Source: an uncultured Gammaproteobacteria bacterium (GTDB lineage Bacteria; Patescibacteriota; Patescibacteriia; Magasanikbacterales; GWA2-37-8). From it: DNA of 64,000 bases. The notes beneath the pieces were generated by a model. That model ran no database searches. It saw only the letters and a list, made by a program, of their open reading frames with translations, and was not told where the DNA came from. The position numbers and the translations under genes were made by a program. The DNA is taken from the NCBI GenBank assembly GCA_964496095.1, contig CAZBWU010000001.1, forward strand, positions 185,474-249,473, read 5' to 3'. Each line of letters starts with the position of its first letter. Position 1 is the first letter of the stretch. Below, in pieces: positions 58,728 through 64,000 of this stretch.

Positions 58728-59948
58728 ATGTCAGAGATAACAAAAGCAATTCAGATGTTATGCGAGGAAAAAGGTCTTTCTACCGAATCGGTCATGGAGG
58801 CAATTGAGTTTGCTTTAGCTGCTGCTTATCGCAAAGATTTTGGTAATAAACAGCAAAATATCAAAGTGCAATTCAATCCAGAAAACGGCGATATGAAAGC
58901 TTGGGATGTCAAAACGGTAGTAGAGGATATTTCTGAAGAAGATCTAGAAGCAGCTCAGACCGAGCTTGCAGCGCGACGTGAAAAAGCCAAGGAAGAAAAA
59001 AGAGAGTTGACTGAAGAAGAAACTGCGGATTTGGTTCACTTTAATCCAAAAACAGAATTGATGATTACCTCTGCCAAAGAGATTGATAAGAAAGTAAAAT
59101 TGGGAGAGGTGATGGAAATTCCTTTGGAGATTACCCATGAGTTTGGTCGTATGGCTGCTCAGACTGCCAAGCAGGTAATTATCCAAAAAATCCGTGAAGC
59201 GGAAAGAGGTATCATGTTTAATGACTTCAAAGGCCAAGAAGGCCAATTGGTTATGGGTACAATTCAGCGCGCTGAAGCTCGCAAAGTTTTGGTTGATTTT
59301 GGTAAAGTGACCGGTGTATTGTTAGCTGATCAACAAAATAGCCGTGATAGATATAAACCAGGCGCTCGCATGAAGTTTTATTTATTATCTGTACAGATGA
59401 GTCCTCGCGGACTTGAGGTTCTATTGTCTCGCAGTGATGTGGGTATGGTTCGTGAAATTTTCAAACAAGAAATTCCTGAAATTAATGATGGTCTAATAGA
59501 AATAAAAGGTGTGGCTCGTGAAGCCGGTTTCCGTTCCAAAGTATCTGTCTCAACCAATGACAAATCTATTGATCCAATCGGATCTTGTATCGGTCAAAGA
59601 GGTAGTAGAATAAACACTATTATTGAAGAGTTGGGCGGAGAAAAGATTGATATTATTCAGTATAGTGAAAATACGGCTGAATATATTGCTCACGCTTTGG
59701 CGCCAGCAAAAATCTTGAATGTAAAATTAGATGAAGCTAATAAAGTGGCGGAAGTGAGTGTGGCTGCCGATCAATTTTCTTTAGCCATTGGTCGTAGCGG
59801 ACAAAATGTACGTCTCGCTGCTGATATGACTGGTTGGAGAATAGATGTGGTTGAAGATGGAGGTAAGCAGGAACTATCCAGTGATGAAGTGAAAGCGGAA
59901 GAAGTCGCTCCTGAAGTTGTTGAGGTAGAAGAAAAAAAGGAGGAGTAA
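58728..59948 (+). CDS. nusA: Transcription termination/antitermination protein NusA
   Basis: 406 aa; N-terminal RNAP-binding domain, S1 domain, two KH domains (GxxG: IGQRGSRI, IGRSGQNV), acidic tail. Confidence 0.92.
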   Translation: MSEITKAIQMLCEEKGLSTESVMEAIEFALAAAYRKDFGNKQQNIKVQFNPENGDMKAWDVKTVVEDISEEDLEAAQTELAARREKAKEEKRELTEEETADLVHFNPKTELMITSAKEIDKKVKLGEVMEIPLEITHEFGRMAAQTAKQVIIQKIREAERGIMFNDFKGQEGQLVMGTIQRAEARKVLVDFGKVTGVLLADQQNSRDRYKPGARMKFYLLSVQMSPRGLEVLLSRSDVGMVREIFKQEIPEINDGLIEIKGVAREAGFRSKVSVSTNDKSIDPIGSCIGQRGSRINTIIEELGGEKIDIIQYSENTAEYIAHALAPAKILNVKLDEANKVAEVSVAADQFSLAIGRSGQNVRLAADMTGWRIDVVEDGGKQELSSDEVKAEEVAPEVVEVEEKKEE

Positions 59949-59968
59949 ATTTAAATAATTAAAGCGTT

Positions 59969-60062
59969 TGTCATCCCGAGCGAGCCCTCAAGGGCGACGA
60001 GGGATCTTTCCGAGAAAGAGTTCTACTAACGGAAAGATTCTTCACTCCGTTCAGAATGACAG
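59969..60062. repeat. Full-length (94-nt) TGTCAT-TIR element copy (intergenic nusA-yidC)
   Basis: TGTCATCCCGAGCGAGCCCTCAAGGGCGACGAGGGATCTTTCCGAG...CGGAAAGATTCTTCACTCCGTTCAGAATGACAG; about 94 percent identical to 62676-62768. Confidence 0.85.
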
Positions 60063-60080
60063 TTAACCATTAACTTCTCT

Positions 60081-60833
60081 ATGTTTGCTCTCTTTCATAC
60101 TGTTCTCTATTTGCCAATTTTTAATCTTTTTGTTTGGTTGTACAATGTTATTCCCGGACATGATGTTGGTTTGGTAATTTTGGCGATTACTATTTTAGTT
60201 CGCTTAGCTTTATATCCGCTCACTAGCGCCTCTATCAAATCACAGCGTGCGTTACAAGATTTACAACCAAAAATGGCGGCTATCAAATTGCAATATGCGG
60301 ATGATAAGCAAAAGCAGACTCAGGCTATAATGGAAATGTATAAAAATAACAAAGTTAATCCGATGGCTTCCTGTTTACCGATGCTTATTCAGTTGCCAAT
60401 TTTGATTGCTCTTTATCAGGTTTTACAAGACGGATTACATTCCAAAAATTTGGTTGATTCTCTCTATCCGTTTATCCACAACCCAGGCACTATCAGTCAA
60501 ATCTCTCTTGGGTTTTTGAATATGGCTTCTCCTAATACGGTTTTGGCAATTTTAGCTGGTGCCGCCCAATTTTTCCAAGCTAAAACCATGATGAGAAAAT
60601 CTCCGCCAGCGCAAGCAGGCGAAGGCGCTAAAGATGAAGCGATGATGGCAATGATGAATAAACAAATGCTTTATCTTATGCCGGTAATGACTGTAATAAT
60701 CGGGTTTAAATTACCGGGTGGTTTGACTCTGTATTGGTTCTTCGGCACATTGTTGATGGTGTTGCAGCAAATACTTCTTACTAAAAAAAATACGCCTAAA
60801 GATGGAGTGATTGAGGGCGAACTCGTTAAATAA
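60081..60833 (+). CDS. yidC: Membrane protein insertase YidC/Oxa1 family (short form)
   Basis: 250 aa; 5 TM core with conserved region KMAAIKLQY...MEMYKNNKVNPMASCLPMLIQLPILIALY. Confidence 0.88.
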   Translation: MFALFHTVLYLPIFNLFVWLYNVIPGHDVGLVILAITILVRLALYPLTSASIKSQRALQDLQPKMAAIKLQYADDKQKQTQAIMEMYKNNKVNPMASCLPMLIQLPILIALYQVLQDGLHSKNLVDSLYPFIHNPGTISQISLGFLNMASPNTVLAILAGAAQFFQAKTMMRKSPPAQAGEGAKDEAMMAMMNKQMLYLMPVMTVIIGFKLPGGLTLYWFFGTLLMVLQQILLTKKNTPKDGVIEGELVK

Positions 60834-60862
60834 TTAGTAGTCGGCATTAGGCAAATACGCGT

Positions 60863-61126
60863 ATGATAATTAATCTTCAAAAATTTTTACGCTTGCCGGT
60901 GTATACGGAATCAGGTATTAAGCTTGGTAAAATTGTTGATTTTGAAATGGATGTTGATAGTCAGACAGTGGTGCGATATTATGTTCGGCCAATTTTGTTT
61001 AGTGTAAAATCTTTTCTGATTCAGAATAGCCAAATCAAAGAAATTAAGGATGATAAGATAGTAGTCTATGATAGTGTTGTTTCCGACTATCAAGGCAAAA
61101 CTTCGGGTATGGCTTTAGAAGAGTAA
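60863..61126 (+). CDS. PRC-barrel domain protein (YlmC/YmxH-like)
   Basis: 87 aa; LPVYTESGIKLGKIVDFEMD pattern typical of small PRC-barrel proteins. Confidence 0.5.
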   Translation: MIINLQKFLRLPVYTESGIKLGKIVDFEMDVDSQTVVRYYVRPILFSVKSFLIQNSQIKEIKDDKIVVYDSVVSDYQGKTSGMALEE

Positions 61127-61131
61127 AATCT

Positions 61132-62187
61132 ATGAATACTTCCGACTCTTTGCAATTATCGCTAAAAAAAACTTTGGCCTATTTTGATTTAGCTAATTTC
61201 CCATTGACCAAAGAAGAGTTGTATAATTTTTTGTGGGAACCGCCACAGGTTAGTTACGCTGAATTCCTGTTGTCATTGCGAGACTACACCTTTGGTGAAG
61301 GCGAAGCAATCCCACTGTTTGGTAGTGCTAACAATGGGATTGCCGCGTCGTCTCAAAAAATTGGGACTCCTCGCAATGACACAGTGAAGTCGTTCATGAT
61401 GACAGAGCAAAATGGTTATTATTTTTTATCTGGCAGAGAAGAATTGGTTGAGACCAGGCGTTGTCGGTTGCTTATTTCTGAAAATAAATTAAAGATTGCG
61501 CGTCGAGCGGCTAGGATAGTACGGTCCGTGCCATTTTTAAAAGCGATTTTTGTCTGCAATACTGTAGGTGCGGAGCAGGCAACAGAGGATAGTGATATTG
61601 ATTTTTTTATTGTAACTGAAAAAAACAGGATTTGGATTGCCCGATTGTGGGTGACTTTTTTGTTAGGACTTTTTAGATTAAGGCGAGTAAATAATCGCAT
61701 TAAGAATAAAATTTGTTTGAGTTTTTATGTGACGGCCGATAGTCTGAATCTGGCGAATTTAAGAGTGGTTGATGACGATATTCACTTTGCTTATTGGATT
61801 AATCAGATGTTACCACTATATGACCCAGAAAATTATTATGCCAAATTTTTACAAGCCAATAGTTGGACAAAAAAATATTTGCCTAATATAAAATCTGAGA
61901 AAATGAGTTCGTATATTTTTAAGATTAGCGAATCAAAGTTAGGCAGAGTTTGGAAAAGAGCTTGGGAAAAAATGTGGACTGGCGCTTATGGTGATTTGAT
62001 TAATGGTGAAGCTAAAAAAATTCAGATTTCAAAGATGAAGTTTTCCGGCAAGAAAATAGTTAGGGGAGAAGATAAGGGTGTAGTTATTTCTGATCAGATT
62101 TTGAAGTTTCACGAAAAGGATACAAGGTTGGAATATAGAGAGGCTTGGTTAAATAAAGTTAATGTTATTCCGAACGAAGGAGCTTGA
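61132..62187 (+). CDS. Hypothetical protein with Pol-beta-type nucleotidyltransferase motif
   Basis: 351 aa; G[AS]x9-13 DxD pattern (VGAEQATEDSDIDFFIV). Confidence 0.4.
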   Translation: MNTSDSLQLSLKKTLAYFDLANFPLTKEELYNFLWEPPQVSYAEFLLSLRDYTFGEGEAIPLFGSANNGIAASSQKIGTPRNDTVKSFMMTEQNGYYFLSGREELVETRRCRLLISENKLKIARRAARIVRSVPFLKAIFVCNTVGAEQATEDSDIDFFIVTEKNRIWIARLWVTFLLGLFRLRRVNNRIKNKICLSFYVTADSLNLANLRVVDDDIHFAYWINQMLPLYDPENYYAKFLQANSWTKKYLPNIKSEKMSSYIFKISESKLGRVWKRAWEKMWTGAYGDLINGEAKKIQISKMKFSGKKIVRGEDKGVVISDQILKFHEKDTRLEYREAWLNKVNVIPNEGA

Positions 62188-62200
62188 GCGATTGAGTTGA

Positions 62201-62300
62201 GCCTGCCTGCGGTAGGCAGGGAATCCCTTAAACACGGTATTTGCAATTACTATGCATAAGGGATCTTTCGACTCAGCTAAAGCCTCGCTCAAGATGACAA
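62201..62300. repeat. Hairpin (CCTGCC..GGCAGG) plus TGTCAT-TIR element module (intergenic)
   Basis: GGGAATCCCTTAAACA...ATAAGGGATCTTTCGACTCAGCTAAAGCCTCGCTCAAGATGACAA; same module as 63218-63304. Confidence 0.75.
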
Positions 62301-62307
62301 CAAACGT

Positions 62308-63801
62308 ATGATTCTTAAAAAAATAGAAAATTTATTATTGTTAGCCTTTTTGTTTTTATTGCCTTGGCAAACTAGATATATCTGGCAGGAAGGGCAATTG
62401 AGCGGCGGGCATTGGGAGTATGGCACGTTTAGTATTTATGGGACCGAGATTTTGCTTTGGATAATTATTTTATTATTTTTTTTTCGTCATTTGTTTAATA
62501 AAGAAATGCGGCAGGGCTTTTTAACTAAAAAGAAGTTTTTTATTTTTCCAGTTATTTTTTTAGGGTTAATATGGTTGTCGCTTGGTTTCAGTGAAAATTT
62601 TTGGGTGTCATATCAGTATGTATTTAGATGGTTGGGGGCGATAGCCATGGCGATTGTGTTAACCAACCACACAAATGTCATCCCGAGCGAGCCCTCAAGG
62701 GCGACGAGGGATCTTTCCGAGAAAGAGCCTGTTAACGGAAAGATTCTTCACTCTGTTCAGAATGACAGTAAATTGTTTGCCTTATGGCTTAGCGCTGTAG
62801 TCCAAGGCCTGCTGGCAGTTTATCAATTTTTAACTCAGCATGTCTTTGCGAGTAAGTGGTTGGGAATGTCGGCGCAAGATGCGATGCAGGGCGGAGCGAG
62901 TGTGGTGGAGTTTGCAGATCAAAGATGGCTGCGCGCTTATGGTAGTTTTGGTTCGCCAAATTCTTTGGGGATATATTTGGCAGTGTTGTTAGTCTTGGGT
63001 TTTATTTTATATGTTAAAACCGAACGACCGTTTTATAAAATTTTAATTAGTGTCGGGCAATTAATTATTTTATCTGGCTTGCTGTTTTCTTTTTCTCGAG
63101 GAGCCTGGCTATCGGCTATAGTGGGCATAATTTGTTTGGCTGTCATTGTTTTTGTTGCCGGCTGTCATTCTGAGCAAGGCGAAGAATCTCTGTCCAACCA
63201 CTTGTCATTCCGACCGAAGTGGAGGAATCCCTTAAACAAAATACTTGCAAAGACGATGGATAAGGGATCCCTCGGCTTCGCTACGGTTCCGCTCGAGATG
63301 ACAATGCGAAAAGATTTTATTAAACAAGTTATTTTTATTTTAGTCTTAACTGGTTTTTGGGTAGGAATATTTTTTCCTATATTTAGCGCGCGATTTAATA
63401 TTCATAATCGGTTAGAAGTTTATTCTATCGCTGAAAGACAAAGCCAATATAAAGAATCTTTATCATTTATAAAGAACAAACCATTTTTTGGAGTAGGGCC
63501 AGCTCTCTATACATATACAGTCTCAAAAAAATATCCTAAATTAGCCTCATGGCAATTCCAGCCGGTTCATAATATTTATGTGTTGGCTGCGGTGGATTTC
63601 GGTGTTGTTTTTGTATTATTTTTGGGTTTAATTTTCTTAAGTTTAATTAAAAAAGTTTTTAAAAATAATCTTATTTTTCTTCCAGTTTTATTTACCTTGC
63701 TTATGGCCGGGCTCTTCGACCACTGGCTTTTTAGCATGTTTACAGGCCTTGTTTTTTACTGGGCTATTATTGGTTTAGGACAGGATAAGGTGAACTCTTG
63801 A
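62308..63801 (+). CDS. O-antigen ligase/polymerase (Wzy_C)-like integral membrane protein
   Basis: 497 aa; about 10 TM helices; periplasmic loop with FSRGAWLS-type Wzy_C signature; two in-frame repeat-element insertions. Confidence 0.6.
   Translation: MILKKIENLLLLAFLFLLPWQTRYIWQEGQLSGGHWEYGTFSIYGTEILLWIIILLFFFRHLFNKEMRQGFLTKKKFFIFPVIFLGLIWLSLGFSENFWVSYQYVFRWLGAIAMAIVLTNHTNVIPSEPSRATRDLSEKEPVNGKILHSVQNDSKLFALWLSAVVQGLLAVYQFLTQHVFASKWLGMSAQDAMQGGASVVEFADQRWLRAYGSFGSPNSLGIYLAVLLVLGFILYVKTERPFYKILISVGQLIILSGLLFSFSRGAWLSAIVGIICLAVIVFVAGCHSEQGEESLSNHLSFRPKWRNPLNKILAKTMDKGSLGFATVPLEMTMRKDFIKQVIFILVLTGFWVGIFFPIFSARFNIHNRLEVYSIAERQSQYKESLSFIKNKPFFGVGPALYTYTVSKKYPKLASWQFQPVHNIYVLAAVDFGVVFVLFLGLIFLSLIKKVFKNNLIFLPVLFTLLMAGLFDHWLFSMFTGLVFYWAIIGLGQDKVNS
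62676..62768. repeat. TGTCAT-TIR element copy (93 nt = 31 codons), in-frame inside Wzy-like gene
   Basis: Near-identical to intergenic copy 59969-60062; encodes ...VIPSEPSRATRDLSEKEPVNGKILHSVQNDSK... Confidence 0.85.
63163..63304. repeat. Composite TGTCAT-TIR element copy (142 nt), in-frame inside Wzy-like gene
   Basis: TGTCATTCTGAGCAAGGCGAAGAATCTCTGTCC + TGTCATTCCGACC...GGAATCCCTTAAACA...GGGATCCCTCGGCTTCGCTACGGTTCCGCTCGAGATGACAA; encodes ...CHSEQGEESLSNHLSFRPKWRNPLNKILAKTMDKGSLGFATVPLEMTMRKD... Confidence 0.85.
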
Positions 63802-63912
63802 CAGTTTTTTTCTTTGTAGTAAAATGGCTCTACAATTATCACTCGTATTTATTGAGTGATAAAAATTTATTAATTATTCGCCCCGCTGAGTAGGGCCTAA
63901 TTCATTTCGAAT

Positions 63913-64000
63913 ATGAACATTAAACCATTAGGAGACAACGTATTGGTCAAACAAATTAAGGCAGATGAAGTCACATCTTTCGGTTTGGTTTTACCGGAAA
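63913..64000 (+). CDS. groES: Co-chaperonin GroES (5' partial, runs off window)
   Basis: MNIKPLGDNVLVKQIKADEVTSFGLVLPE - canonical GroES N-terminus. Confidence 0.85.
   Translation, partial: MNIKPLGDNVLVKQIKADEVTSFGLVLPE

Noticed and set aside
47783-58728. infB not adjacent to nusA (the classical nusA-infB operon is broken, about 9 kb apart)
   Set aside because: Gene-order rearrangement is common in reduced genomes. No sequence evidence here for a specific mechanism, although element copies flank both genes.
22221-63304. Inteins or introns as explanation for in-frame inserts
   Set aside because: The inserts are only about 13-50 aa, lack intein splice-junction residues and endonuclease motifs, and recur as nucleotide-level repeats in intergenic DNA as well. 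They behave like MITE/RPE-type elements.

Overview
The window is low-GC with compact genes and several strong rho-independent terminators. It is mostly housekeeping genes typical of a small-genome bacterium (Patescibacteria/CPR-like by gene content and style): radA, clpC, a phosphomannomutase-family gene, htpX, rseP, pheS, pheT, dnaE, tsaD, two divergent tRNAs (Met-CAU, Glu-UUC), transaldolase, a P1B-type ATPase, two HU paralogs, rny, truB, infB, trxA, leuS, a comEC split into two genes, nusA, yidC and a partial groES. Three things stand out. (1) A dispersed family of short TGTCAT...ATGACA inverted-repeat elements occurs in at least 12 copies. Half of them sit inside essential or conserved genes (tsaD x2, truB, comEC, a Wzy-like gene x2) without breaking the reading frame. 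(2) Immediately next to the tRNA pair there is a cassette-like array (about 23.4-29.7 kb): unrelated hypothetical genes, each followed by a conserved ~30-nt direct repeat AAAAGTTTGCCACCTGTCTYGATTAACCC. (3) leuS carries an extra HAD-phosphatase-like domain of about 200 aa. Other accessory-looking content: an AT-rich islet with a 460-480 aa orphan ORF, a 4.8-kb block of surface/protease-like genes bracketed by the two HU genes, and a 694-aa secreted protein with a VirB2/TrbC-pilin-like hydrophobic hairpin. No CRISPR array, rRNA or recognisable transposase/integrase is present.
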